Source of the DNA: Isurus oxyrinchus
Taxonomy: Eukaryota
Reading direction: 5' to 3'
Assembly (NCBI GenBank): GCA_026770705.1
Contig: JANJGN010000001.1
Span: 32,426,001-32,490,000 of the forward strand
Length of the DNA: 64,000 bases
Shown: positions 25,431 to 38,700 of the stretch, one piece after another
Layout of the letters: each line of letters opens with the position of its first letter
How positions within the stretch are numbered: the stretch's first letter is position 1
Made by a program: the position numbers and the translations under genes
Notes under the pieces: model-generated
Seen by the model: only the letters and a program-made list of their open reading frames with translations
Told to the model about the DNA's origin: nothing
The model's database searches: none

Positions 25431-26547
25431 CTTTCTTAAAAAAAAGAAGTTATACTGTCAATCTTCTTGTTTTTGTTGTTTTCCTTTCAGTGCACTCTTT
25501 TATTTCTTCTCCTTTTTTGGTCAAGATAGTTTCTCATTTGTCGGCTAAAGTATGGAACTTTTAGATAACAGTAGCTATGTGGGATGTGCTTGGTTGAATT
25601 TGGACTTGACTGAACATCTCAAGAGCAGATGCTTATCAATGGTCCACAGATTCCACTATAAACCGTGTCAGAACTTCTACGTTTCTCTAAGAAAATTATT
25701 TTTGTTCCATTTCAGAGAAAGCTAACTTTTTTTCTAAAAAAATTGCTTTAACATTGACTTAAAACAAAAGAATTATTTTTTATAAGTATCTATGACCTCA
25801 TTCAAAAATCATTAGCCTCAACTTTAGCTCAGGGCCAGGACCGATGGAAAGCAAAGAAAGGAATTAGCTGACCAAGGGCAAACCTGAGGGTGCACAAAGG
25901 ACTGTGGTTGGGTCAGGGAGTAGTCACATAGAAAGGGGTAGGAGTGGTTAAGGCAAATTTGGGCCCTATTCTTCTGAGAGGCCCCTCCACCACAATGCTA
26001 AACTTTGCTCCTCCATTATGGCCAACACCCAAGAAAGTCTCTGGCCTAATGCATCAATGCACCAAAACTTCCCCTTCACTCAAGTTGGATCCAAACTTTT
26101 CAACCAGTGGTCAAATACCCCTTCTTGTTGAGTTTTTAATGTAATGAGTTTCAAATGGCTGTGAAAAGGTAACTCTCCTGTCTGGGCTGGAAATCAAAAT
26201 ACAGTTGATCAATTTTCCAATCAGAAGCTGCTAACCAACCCAACTTTCCTCATCAAAGAAAACCAAGAATTGAACACAGCGTATGCTATTCAGAACAGTA
26301 TGGGGTGTTTTGTTGTTTTGTGTTGTTAAAGGAAGTTTTATGGGATAAATTTTTTAAGTCTGGATTTGAAACTTTTGTTCAGCTATACAAAAATATTCTG
26401 CAAAATAAACCAGCTTCTTGATTTGACATTAACCTCTTATTACCAGAGTGTTTATTTTGTCTATCAAAGAGATCGGTAAAACACCCATGCAAAAGACACA
26501 AATATCTGGTTCAGAATGTAATATTGTTAAACATTTGGGTGGCATTA

Positions 26548-27160
26548 TCAAACATACAAACAAAGAGCAGGAGTAAGCCATTAGGACCCTCAAACTTGCT
26601 CTACCATTTACTAAGATCATGGCTGATCTGATAGTAACCTCAAATCTGCATTCCGCCTACCCCTGATAACCTATCACCCCCTTGCTTACCAAGAATATTT
26701 CCACCTCTGCCCTAAAAATATTCAAGCTCTGCTTCTGCCTCATTTTCAGGAAGAGAGTTCCAAAGACTCACAACCCTCCGAGAAAAAAATTACACATCAT
26801 CTCCATTTTAAATGAGTGACCCCTTAGCTTTAAACAGTGAACCCTAGTTCTGGATTCTCCCACAAGAGGAAATATCCTCCACATCCACCCTGTCAAGATC
26901 CCTCAGGATCTTGTATGCTTCAATTAAACGGCCTCTCACTCTTCTAAACTCCAGCAGATACAAGCTTAGCCTGTCCACCCTTTCTTCATAAGACAACCTG
27001 CCCATTCCAGGAATTAGTTTGGTAAACCTTCTCTGAACTGCTTCCAATGCTTTTACATCCTTCCTTAAATAAGGTGACCAATACTATACACAGTACTCCA
27101 GATGTGGTCTCACTAGTGCTCTTTATAACTGAAGCATAACCTCCCTACTTTTGTATTCGT
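26548..27160 (-). mobile_element. CR1 LINE 3' fragment
   Basis: EAVQRRFTKLIPGM.RLSYEER…LEFRR.RG.LIE. Confidence 0.9.
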
Positions 27161-28262
27161 TTATATTAGGCAGAGTGAATCAAGTGAGATCAGTTTATGG
27201 GAGCAGTTGACACCACTTTTAATCCAAGAAGATATCAACAGCAGGTCCAACTTTTGTGACAGTCCATTAAATAGCTCTGATTTCGCCTGGTCTGTACTTT
27301 TGTAACAGTTTTTACAAGTTGCCTGTCATTAGTGGAGTCTCCCAGATCGAAAATACAAGATTAAATTCAAGCTAAAGCAAATATTAATGAGGATGTCTGT
27401 GCTTTTCTTGAATTTAAACACAAAGTGCAGTGCACTAATCTCACCATTTCAAAGAGAAGCAACCTTCTCTGGCAGCAAGTTGCATTGCTCATTGTTCCTG
27501 CTTAATGCATTATGAAACTGATCATTATTGCAATCAAAGAAAATATCCACTTTTCATGGAGAAACTTGGCTCAGGACAATATACTTCCTGTAACTACTTA
27601 GATTGGAAAACAAATTTATTTTTATTATGAAATCCTTATAATCACTTAAAAGACTGTTGTGCTCTCAGATACACAGTAAGGGTCATCAGGGCAGGAAGCT
27701 TGTCACAAATTTGCATATTTTTGAGAATTTGCAACTTTAAAATGAAAACTTGAGACTTGCTGAGGAATTTTAGTCTTATCGATTCAAACACTTCATTATT
27801 AATAGTTCTTTTGGAGGTCTTATTTGAAGTGTTTTTTAGTCAAATAAGAAGTGGTCTGTTTTGAGCTTGAGCTCTTTCCTTTTGCCCATCAGTCAGTCTG
27901 TTTCCTGACCCATCCATAGCCTTTCTGCACCCTCAGATTTACCCTTGGTCAGCTAGTTCCTTTCTTTGCTTTCCGTTGGTCCCAACCCTGAGCTAAAGTT
28001 GAGGTGAATCATTTTTGAATGCGATCTTGGAGGCATTTTAAAAATAATTAATTTGTTTATCTTTACACTTATGGACAATCTTGGGTGAAAATTTTGCATA
28101 GCTTTGCAGTCTGACATTACAAACCAATTCAGAGCTACCACTCCTTTATATCTTTTGATGATTAATAGCACAGCTTTTATAAAGGTATTAAAGGCTTGCT
28201 GTCCAGTTTCTGTTGAGAATGTTGCCACCATAAGGAAATAGCAACCGAGAAAAGAGACATGC

Positions 28263-28297
28263 TGGCGAAGCTTTTTCATCTTGCACTCATCAGGACA
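28263..28297 (-). ncRNA. Minimal type-I hammerhead motif, family B
   Basis: TGTC-CTGATGA-G-TGCAAGA-T-GAAA-AAGCT-TC-GCCA; canonical CUGAUGA and GAAA core. Confidence 0.65.
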
Positions 28298-29060
28298 GAT
28301 TCACAAGAATACCAATTGTAAGGAGGACAGCCATTTATACTGCATGATTTGAACAACAATTGTTGTTCCCTGTACAACTGATATTCTTGATATTCTTGTG
28401 GTCTCCTCTACATTGGAGAGACCAAACGTAAACTGGGCGACCGCTTTGCAGAACACCTGCGGTCTGTCCGCAAGAATGACCCAAACCTCCCTGTCGCTTG
28501 CCATTTTAACACTCCACCCTGCTCTCTTGCCCACATGTCTGTCCTTGGCTTACTGCATGGTTCCAGTGAAGCCCAGCGCAAACTGGAGGAACAACACCTC
28601 ATCTTCCGACTAGGCACCTTACAGCCTTCCGGTCTGAATATTGAATTCAATAACTTTAGGTCGTGAGCTCCCTCCCCCATCCCCACCCCCTTTCTGTTTC
28701 CCCCTTTTTTCCCCTTTTTTTTCCCTATAAATTTTATAGATTTTTCTTTTCCCACCTATTTCCATTATTTTTAAATATTTTAAAATCTTTTATGCTCCCC
28801 CCACCCCCACTAGAGCCGTACCTTGAGTGCCCTACCATCTATTCTTAATTAGCACATTCGTTTAGATAATATCACCAACTTTAACTTTAACACCTATGTG
28901 TTCTTTTGCACCATTGTCACTGACATCTTTTGATGATCTGCTTCTATCACTGCTTGTTTGTCTACACAAGCACCTCTGTCTCTCTCTCTCTCTTCCCCCC
29001 CCCCACTCCCACACACCTTAAACCAGCTTATATTTCAACTCTTTCTTGGACTCGAAATCA

Positions 29061-29099
29061 AGTTCTGTCGAAGGGTCATGAGGACTCGAAACGTCAACT
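29061..29099 (+). ncRNA. Hammerhead-ribozyme-like motif, family A (variant core)
   Basis: AGTT-CTGTCGA-A-GGGTC-ATGAG-GACTC-GAAA-CG-TC-AACT, GUC cleavage triplet. Confidence 0.65.
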
Positions 29100-30471
29100 C
29101 TTTTCTTCTCCGCCGATGCTGCCAGACCTGCTGAGTTTCTCCAGGTAATTCTGTTTTTGTTTTTGATATTCTTGCAAATCTGTCCTGATGAGTGCAACAA
29201 AATCTTCAACAGCATGTCTCCTTTTTCAGCAATACTCAAGTTCTGTATGACCAAACCAATATTTGAAATCATAACCCTGAATTTCCACAGAATTGTCCCT
29301 GATCTCATGCTGTAACTTTGATGGGACCCAGGAGAAAGGACACAAATGGCCATTTTCAGCTCCTTATGTTGTTTTTCTGGGCGTTCTTCTGAAAATACAA
29401 CTGCAAATCAGGACACCCTTTGTAAGAATCTAGGGCCTGTCGCAAATTATTTGCTGCAGTTCCTTGCATTACTACAGTGCAGTGTAGTGACTACATTTCA
29501 AAAGTAATTCATAAGAACAGAACATAATTCATTGGCTGTGAAATACTTTAGGATGTCTTAAAGTGTGAAAGGCACTATGAAATGCAAGCTCTTCTTGCTA
29601 ATGATTTTTGGAGAATTCTAGCCTGCCTCTTAACCCTTGATATTTCTATTTTTAGTAAATTGTGCAATCTCTTGCCTGCACAGCAGCTGATCAGTAGAGT
29701 GTTGAGACTGATAAGGCAGCTGTCCAGTGGTTAAATATCTTGCAGGAGAGAACGGGGAAAGAGTTAGTTTCAATTGTGCTGGGAAATGGAAGCTTGTTGA
29801 ACAGAAATCACTTAATTTATACTCAAGTGCTAGTCTTTGTAATGTAGAAAGTGCAGGAAAGGAGTGTTGTTCTGCTTGGCTAAGAAGGGCATTCTCCTCA
29901 AAAGTGCTGGTCCAGCAATGTTGCTGCAGATTGCAGGTAGAGGCAACACTATTTGCATGGCCCAGTGGACTTGGATACTGGTCAGGAAGAAAATGGCTAA
30001 AGTTGCAGAAGAAGTTTTTTTTTTAATACTGAATGTGTCTGCCCCAAATATGCACATAGTGTGTCCCCATTATCTTAACCCATTTTGTGCTGACATATCC
30101 AAAATGTTCATAGAAGTTTATCCTGTGCGACATTGGCAGAGGGGAAACAGGCCTGTGCTCCATGTTGCAGCTTTAGACAAATACAAATATCACCTTGGAG
30201 CTTAAGCCCTTGTCAGGCAACCAGCTGCAGGATGGGTGAGTATACGTACTCCCAAATCTTGCTACATCTCCAATTTACTCTCCTTGCAGAACTTGGCCCA
30301 GAATAAAAGACAGAAAAGTAAGATTGGATGTGAATCTTGTTTGAAGACACCATCTTGGACACAAGAGCATCAAGGGAGCAGGAAAGTGAGGGTGGAGGAT
30401 TCACTAAAACCCAAGGTAATACAATCCTGCTGTTATTCTTCACCCCCTCGCTCACGCATTGACACACATAC

Positions 30472-31625
30472 TGTTACAATCAGGTGAGGAGGGGTTGAAT
30501 GACTCCCCACTTTTCTCTCCTTGTTTGACCGCAACAAGTTTTTTGTTTTGAAAAGCATATACTTAGCTGTTTACATGTTGTGATCATAAAATAACTAACA
30601 GGTAAATTTCCTTGAGATTAACAAAGAAAGAGGTTGGCTTTATTATAATTAAACCGAGCTAAGTAAAATAATTATATACTTTTGCATGCACACACACTGC
30701 CAAGTTCACAAACACACAAATACAGATTACAAAGTGGGGAAGGATAGGTTGATCAAAATAGAGTCCATAAAAAGTAAAAAGAATATACAATCTGTAGTTT
30801 GGTGACTTGGCTGGCTTCAGGCTGAATTTGGTGATCTTATGACTTCCCTTTGGTAGTTCCGTGCTTCCAATTTAAAGATGTAGGTGGTTGAGTTGGCTGT
30901 TCTTCTGGAGATGGTAGTGCTGGGTTGAATTATTTAAGAAATCTCTGTCTGTAGCAGGGGTGTCACTGGATGGTCACAGTCAGCAAACAGGGCTCGAAGA
31001 TTGCCAGGTAGGTTGGAGAGAGGGAGGCAGGAGGGAACCCACATGGGTCTTCTATCTTAACTTCTCAGCTACTTGTCTTCAGTACTACAGAGAAAACATG
31101 TGTTTAAAACATGCAAAGGGTTGGCTTATCATGTGACATTCCCTCTCCAACTGTCCAAGAGATCCAAATAACGTTATTGTCTATGTAGTCCGAGAGTAAC
31201 TTGATTAGATTGTGTCGGGGAAGCTCTCTGAGGCAGGGCACCATTTTCTAAGTGATTAGGCTTAATAGTTTGTCTCCAACAGTTGAATACCTCGGGTGAT
31301 TGCCTTAATGCCTTTCTAATGAGGCAGGAGATGTGGGTCTTTCGCATTCCCCAGGAGGTAATCGTTTTTGGCACAAAATGGGTTAAGATTATGGGGACAC
31401 ACTATGTGCATATTTGGTTTTTCAGACATGCTGTCTCCATTCCAATGAATTGGAATGTGGAATGTACAGTAATGCAAAATGGGGTAGCCATCTTGGGCCG
31501 TGATTTCAGGTTGCTTTCAGTCTCCGTGTTTTAAAAAGCATGTTTTTGAAAGTTCAATTCATATTTCCAGCTGATGAATTACAAATCATTTTTTGACATA
31601 AAGCATGTCTTCAGGATAATACACG
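30472..31625 (-). mobile_element. Probable solo LTR
   Basis: End TGTTACAATCAGGTGAGGAGGGG matches, in reverse, the end of 52223-53165 (CCCCTTCTCACCTGGTCATAATA); far boundary approximate. Confidence 0.55.
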
Positions 31626-32794
31626 GACCCTCAAAATATATATGTTACATACTTCATGGTAAGGATTCTTTAAGGTGACAAAACCTTAATACATGTTACT
31701 CTTCAATATTTATAGGTGCAGAACACAGGTCAGAAACCTTTTTTTAGCTAAGAGCCTTTAAAAAAAACCTAAAATAAAAACTATTGAGAGCTACAAGATG
31801 AAAATTCAACATTCTAAACCAAGCGCTTAGCATCTGTGGAGAAATAAAGTTAATGTCTCTTGTAGAATTCATAATTTGCAGATATAAAAAAACAAAATAG
31901 ATGTATTAAATTTATGCATCAGTTGGGAGACTCTGACCTGCAGGTTTGGTCAATAAAATGAATGGTCTTGCCTGTGGTATGAAATTGACCATGTCCCTGA
32001 AATTTTATGCCACTGGCTTCTGCCAAGCTACCTAGGCAACATATTTAATATCAGCCAATCTGCAGTGTACAAAATTCAGCAAGCAGGCTACTAATAAATT
32101 ATTCACTGAAGAAAACACGTTCATCATTTTCCCCAGCAACAAAACAAAAAGGTATTGCAATTCTTCTGCACTGTAGAATTCCTCAAAAATCTGGGGAATT
32201 AGTGATGGCAATCATAGGGTTATCTGGGCCCTTACAGAAAACCCCATTCTGCTAATGAACCAAAAAGCATTCTCAACAGTCAGTGACCAGCAATGCAGGA
32301 TCAAACAGGTCATCCCTGCTTCCTAGGCAACTGTTGCAATTTCCTTATTTTAAGGCAATTCTGTGAGCTTTGTTTATTTAAAGGAAAATCTAAGCTGAAT
32401 GGATGGTTTCTAGGAGACAGAAGTTACCATCTTCAGCTCATCAAATCCTTACAACAGTCAATAATACGAGCTGAATGCAGATGCAAGATCCATGCAACAA
32501 ACATTATTGAGTATACAAAAGCAAAATACTATAGATGCAGTAATCTGAAATAAAATCAGAAAATGCATAAGGTTATTAACTTGAAACTTTAAACTCTGTT
32601 TCTTTCTCCAATGATGCTGCCTGACCTGCTGAGTATTTCGAGCATTTTTTGTTCTTATTTCATTATTGAGCATGTCCTTTGAGCTATCTTGGCACTCTAA
32701 AGGAGCACTTACCTTACCTGCAACATCAGAAGAAAACTGTGCGGAAAAGTGAAATACAGAGTAATAAAAATGAATACCTTATAAGTAATCAGTA

Positions 32795-33640
32795 TAGATT
32801 TTTTATTCATTCATGGGATGTGGGTGTCATTGGCTGGGCAAGCATTTATTGCCCATCCTTAATTGCCCTTGGGAAGGTGGTGGTGAGCTGCCTTCTTGAA
32901 CTGCTGCAGTCCATGTAGTGTAGGTACACCCACAGTGCTGTTAGGAAGGGAGTGCCAGGATTTTGATCCAGCGACAGTGAAGGAACGGTGATATATTTCC
33001 AAGTCAGGATGGTGAGTAACTTGCAGGGGAACTTCCAGATGATGGCGTTCCCATGTGCCTGCTGCTCTTGTCCTTCTAGATGGTAGCAGTCGTGGTTTTG
33101 CTAAGGAGTGTTGGTGAGTTCCTGCTATGCATCTTGTAGATGGTACACACTGCTGCTACTGGTGGAGGGAGAGAATGTTTGCGAATGGGATGCAAATCAA
33201 GTGGGCTGCTTTGATCTGGATGGTGTCAAGCTTCTTGAATGTTATGGGAGCCGCACTCACCCAGGCAAGTGGAGAGAATTCCATCACACTCCTGACTTGT
33301 ACATTGTAGATGGTGGACAAGATTTAGGGAGTCAGGAGATGAGTTACTCACCACAGGATTCCTAGCCTCTGACCTGCTCTTGTAGCCACTGTATTTATAT
33401 GGCTAGTCCAGTTCAGTTTCTGGTCAATGGTAACCCCCAGGATGTTGATAATGGGGCATTCAGTGCTGGTAATGCCATTGTATATCAAGCGTTGCTGGTT
33501 GGATTCTCTTGTTGGAGATGGTCATTGCCTGACACTTGTGTTGCATGAATGTTACTTGCCACTCGGCCCAAGCCTAGATATTGTCCAGGACTTACTGCAT
33601 TTGGACATGGACTGTTTCAGTACCTGAGGAGTTGCAAACA
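32795..33640 (-). mobile_element. LINE family B 3' fragment
   Basis: Colinear with 7045-7880. Confidence 0.85.
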
Positions 33641-34229
33641 TGTGCCCCTACTATTTGTTTGATTTCAATATCCCATGACAGAATATTTTATCTTTTTTCT
33701 TTTTTTTCAGAATCTATACTCGTGCTACTCACAGGCACTTCACCAGCATAAGTGATAGGTGAGGTGACTGGCTGTTGAGTGTCAGTGTATGCCTCTTATG
33801 ATTGAGGTGGAGCATATACATTGACATATGTCTGTCCAACCCACATGCTTTAGTTATTGGCTAGCAGGTAGACCATAGTAATAACCATCAATAAAGTGTG
33901 CTGTATTGATATGCTCTGTGAAGACCTTTTAATATTCCAGTGTACCACTGTAATTCCTAAACTGTAGCTTGAATGTATGCCTGTTCGACTATAGGTATAC
34001 ATGATAAACAGTGAAGGGATCATGAGATTGTCAGGTGATACACATACAAAGCAGTAAATGTATATTGGATTGACAGACAACACTTAGTGGCATGCACACA
34101 TGGCCCATTTACCTGCAATATAATACTATTACAAAACCATACCTTGGAAAATATTTTAAGTCTGGCATCTTCTCCAGCTGTTCGCAAGTCTTTTGGGTCA
34201 TGTGCAATATATTAATCCTATCAACTATG

Positions 34230-34479
34230 TGTAGTAGGGTTGCATGTTGTCACATGAAGAGATCTAAAGGTTTGTATGGTTGAACAATAGCTGCTTATTA
34301 ATAACACAAAACTATGTGTATAAATACAGCCCTGACTAAGTGTTATTTTCATGCTGACTTCTATCAGACTCATTACTGCACTCTATCACTCTCATGTAAC
34401 TCTCTACATCATAATGTGGGCGGTTCTGTTTCCCCAGTCCCACATTGACCCTTACAGTCCTGAACACCCTAATACTACA
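34230..34479 (-). repeat. Gypsy 3' LTR (250 bp)
   Basis: Inverted termini TGTAGTA…TACTACA; homologous to 41120-41205 plus 42128-42300. Confidence 0.9.
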
Positions 34480-37400
34480 CCTCACCCCACCCTCAAACCT
34501 TTACCCAAATATATTTACATTAATATTTACATGCTACCCCTTCTCCCGCCAAGCCTCTGACTTCACAAATTCACATGGTCTGGTGGCTCAAACTCTTCCA
34601 GATCTCATTCTTTTCAAGTTTGGAGGAGTTGTAGCCTCAATTGCTTTGGGCTGACTTTGTTGGTCTGGAGTTGAAGTTGTAATACTTGGTGTTTCAGTTA
34701 TTTGGGCTTCTACATCTGGTTCACTTGAGCATATGATAGGAGGTTTGTCATTAGGAATGAGAAGACTTCTCCTCCTGTTCTGTCTGATTGTGCCTTCTGG
34801 GGTATGTATCAAGTAAGACTGTCATTGATCTTCATCCTTCAGGACAATGACACCTTCTCTATCAAGGTCCCTGGCCCAAACCCTGTCACCTCTGTTTAGC
34901 CTGGTCAGGTTTCTAGTACGGTATCTCCTATGTAGGTGGAAGTTTGTCACAGACTGTTCTTGGTCCTAAACCTTCTGATCGTCTCTGACTGCCAACCCTG
35001 GGATTAATCTCTGGCAACATGGGAAGTTGAGTGTGAGGTTTGCTGCCCTTCAGCAATCTGATGGGGCTAACCTACATTCTATTGGTGGATCTATATGTCA
35101 AAAGCAATGTCGGAATGTTGTCATTTTTCTTCAGGAGAGTTTTAATTGTGTGGATGCCCCCATTCTGCCCACCATTTGATTGTGGATACCTTGGGGAGCT
35201 GGTGAGATGTTGAAATCCGTAATTCCTGGCAAAATTGGTGAAGTATTCAATAGCAAATTGCAGCGCATTGTCGGACACCACCTGGTCCAGGATGCCATGG
35301 ATTGCAAAGATTCTGGTTGTTGTGTCTAAATGCTTCACTTCGATCCAAGAAGTAATCAACAATGGGGAGGAAGGACCTGCCAATGTATATGAATAGATCC
35401 ATTCCCAAACATTCCCATGGTCCGGTAGGGAACTGTGTGGGGACAAGGGGCTCCCTCTGGACTGGCTTGTACAGCATGCACACCTGGCAGTTTAAAATCA
35501 TCTCTTCAATTGCTATTGATATTCCCAGCCACTGCACTGCAGTCTGGGCTCGTGTTCTGCAGTTTGTGATGCCCATGTGGCCTTGTGAGATTCATTGTTG
35601 AATCTCTGGCCGAAGTGAGATGGGAATGACCTGACACTTATTACACACTAGCAGATTATCAATAACAGTGAAGTGTTTCTGTTGTTTGCAATTTTCATAA
35701 CATTACCATCTGGTCGCTGCAGTGGCCAACCTCGTAGACAGTACATGGTTGCACTCCTCATCTTGCATCTGCTCCTGGCATATCAGCTGAAGCTTTTTGG
35801 AGCTCACCAGCAGCTGTGTTGTTACGAAGTGGGAATATGACTCGAGTTCATCGGCCAGATTGACACCATGTGTCACAGGATGCTCGAGTGTGGCTCTGGA
35901 CAGTGCGTCCTCCGTTGTTTGATGCTTACCCTGCATGTACATAGTCTCATATGTAAAGTGCATGCGACGCAATAGGAATCTCTGAATTCTGGGGGTCTTC
36001 CTGGTGAGCTCTTTCTCGTCCAATAACGAGACCAATGGTTTAATGATCTGTCTCAATGATTACTTTCAGCCCAACAATATAGTCAAAGAACTTCTCATAA
36101 GCCCACATTACTGCGAGGGCCTCTTTTTTAAATAACTGCATACTGCATCTCTGTCTGACAGCCCCTGGATGTGTAATATACTGGTTGGCAGCATCTTGGA
36201 ACAGAACTGCCCTTAATTCAGTTGACAAGGTATCCATTGTGATTGTATTTGGCAGGGATGGGTCATAGTGAGCCAGGTTACCTTGTGGGAGCAGCATATC
36301 TTTGATCTGATGGAATGGTTGCTCTTGGTATGCAAGATTGGGCAGTTTTGAGAAGGTGTCGCAAAGGCTCTGTGACCTGCACCAGGTTGGGCAGAAATTT
36401 TGCCAACTGGTTCATCATGCCCAGGAATCTTTGGAGGTCTTTGGATGATGGGGTTGGAAATTCATTAATTTCCTTTGTTTTGTGTGGGTCCACCATGTTG
36501 CTTTTGCTGCTCACAATATGACCTAAGAACCGGTTGGAGGTCTTTGAGAAATCACACTTATCATTCAGCATTAATCCTGCTTCCTGAAAGCTTTTCAAGA
36601 CAACTGAGTTTACTGTCATGCTCCTCGACAGTCACACCATGGACAAGAGTATCATCCATATGGCAGATGATTGCTTTCAGGCCTTGTTAGATGGCCAACA
36701 TGTGTGCTGAAAAGTCTCAGGTGCCAAGGTAATGTTGAAGGGCAAATGAATGAAGCAGAATCTGCTAAATGGGGTGATAAAAATTGTCAGAAGCTTAGCT
36801 TTCTTGTCTAACAGAATCTGCCAGAAGCTGCTGTTGGCATATAGTTTCAAAAACACTTTGCTCTTGGAGAGTTTAGTCAAGCTGTGAGGGCGAGGTGGAT
36901 TTCCTTTGCCACTGCCTTGAGTTCTGTCAGGTCGACACAGATGCGAATAAACCCATTTGGCTTCAAAACTGGGACCACCCGAGAACAGCATTTTGTCAGC
37001 TGAGTGACAGGGGAAATGACCCCTATCTTGGTCATCTCTTCAAGTTGCTGTTGTATTCGGTTCCATAAGCAGGTGTGGTATTTTCTGTGGTGTAAACGAG
37101 CACACTGGTTTGGCATAATTTCTCAGTGTTATGCTCTCTACAGTGTTCACTTGTCTCAGCTCAGTGAAAAGTTTTAGAAAACCTGTTTTAAAATTGGAAC
37201 CATAACCTTGCTGGTTAATCTTGTTGATCTTTTGGATGAGGTTGAGGTCGACACAGGCTTTCCTGCTCAGGAAAGAAAATTCTTGTGGAGCACATAACAT
37301 CTCCCATATTTGTTTGTTTTTATGTTGGAGCATTTCTTGCAATGTACCTTTGACCTGAAGCTTGATGTCTCCATATAACTGTGTTGCAGGTGGCTTTAAA

Positions 37401-38700
37401 CATTGTTTCGCTAGCCACAGTTCCTTATCTGATAAGACGTCACACTGGCTCCTGTGTCTAATTTGAAATTCATGAGATGACCTTTTACATTTATGCCAGC
37501 ATTCCAAAATGTGAATCTGGGATCCTTAATTTCTCCCAAGAGGAAACATTGTTGGAATTCTTCTTCTTGATATGGCTCATTTGTTTCATGGACTTGCTTG
37601 AGATCCTCCACACATCTCGTGCTTTTGGACTTGCACATCTTTCCAAAGTGACCCAGGCAGTTGCAGTGAAAGAGCTGCACACTGATTGTTGGACACAAAC
37701 TGTGCCTGTGAGGTCTTTTGGTACCACAGTGCTAACATGGTTGGCCACCATCTTTTATTTTGCTTGGGTATTGCTTTCCTTGCCCTGGAATCTCCTTGCC
37801 CTTTTGTTGCTTTATGAGCTGGGCTGTTGGGGTTGCTCCATACCATAGTTTAACTTTGCGATGCAAAATGGATCAGATTTGCTAGTGGACTTCTGATTTT
37901 TGGATGATTTGGATGGCTTTTTTCAAAGTCATATACAAGCATACAAATTAGGAGCAGGAGTAGGCCAGCAGGCCAGTAAGTCCGAACTTCTTTAAATTGG
38001 AGTACATTCAAAAGAGTATCACCGGCCACCTCCACCACTATTCAGCCTCTCATGGGCTCCATCTTGAGATCACCATAGTCACAGCCTTCAGCCAATCTAT
38101 ATAACTCATTTAGAAGAGAGTCTACAGATTCCCTGAGCTTTTGAGCTCTTGTTAAATTTTGCTTGCTCCAAAATTTTATTACTCTTCAGTTTAAAATAGG
38201 TGTCAAAGGGCTTCATGACTTCTTCAAAGTTATCCGAAGATTCATTTATTCCTTGTCTGGCTATTCGACCTACTAAATATAATAGTGTGTTCACTTGTTC
38301 AGCCTTTGTTTTCTTATTCAATCCTGATGCTATTATCTATCTTAAAAATCTTTTTCTCTGTAGCACCCAATTTTGTGCCTAGTCTGACCCTTCCAATTGT
38401 CTTAATTGGTCTGGCAGTGTTGATTTACCATCCATGGCTGTTTTCAGCACAGGGGAATGCAGCTTTATATACTCTCTTTAAATGGCACTTTTTTTCCCCC
38501 ACATTTGTCAGGATTTGGCGGGCTCCCGTTTCAGTTATGGAGCTGTTTTAAACCAGCAGTTCTGCAGAAAATCTTTTGAACAAATCGTTTTGGCCAGCTA
38601 GTTGCTTTTCTAAGCTTAGGGAATCGAATTGAAGCTGCTTTTTTGCTTTCACTTCACTTTAAAAAGCTTTTTCTCATTCGCACATGGTTGCCTTGAGGGC

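Larger units (their letters stand above)
28250..29255. mobile_element. Short palindromic family-B tail element interrupted by a family-A Penelope-like fragment (~28400-29164)
   Basis: Inverted tails at 28250-28345 and 28350-28399 plus 29165-29255; the insert is flanked by GATATTCTTG. Confidence 0.8.

Noticed and set aside
34142-34217. Minus-strand exon-like segment INILHMTQKTCEQLEKMPDLKYFP
   Set aside because: Good donor but no polypyrimidine tract on either side of the adjacent Gypsy insertion, and no recognisable homology.
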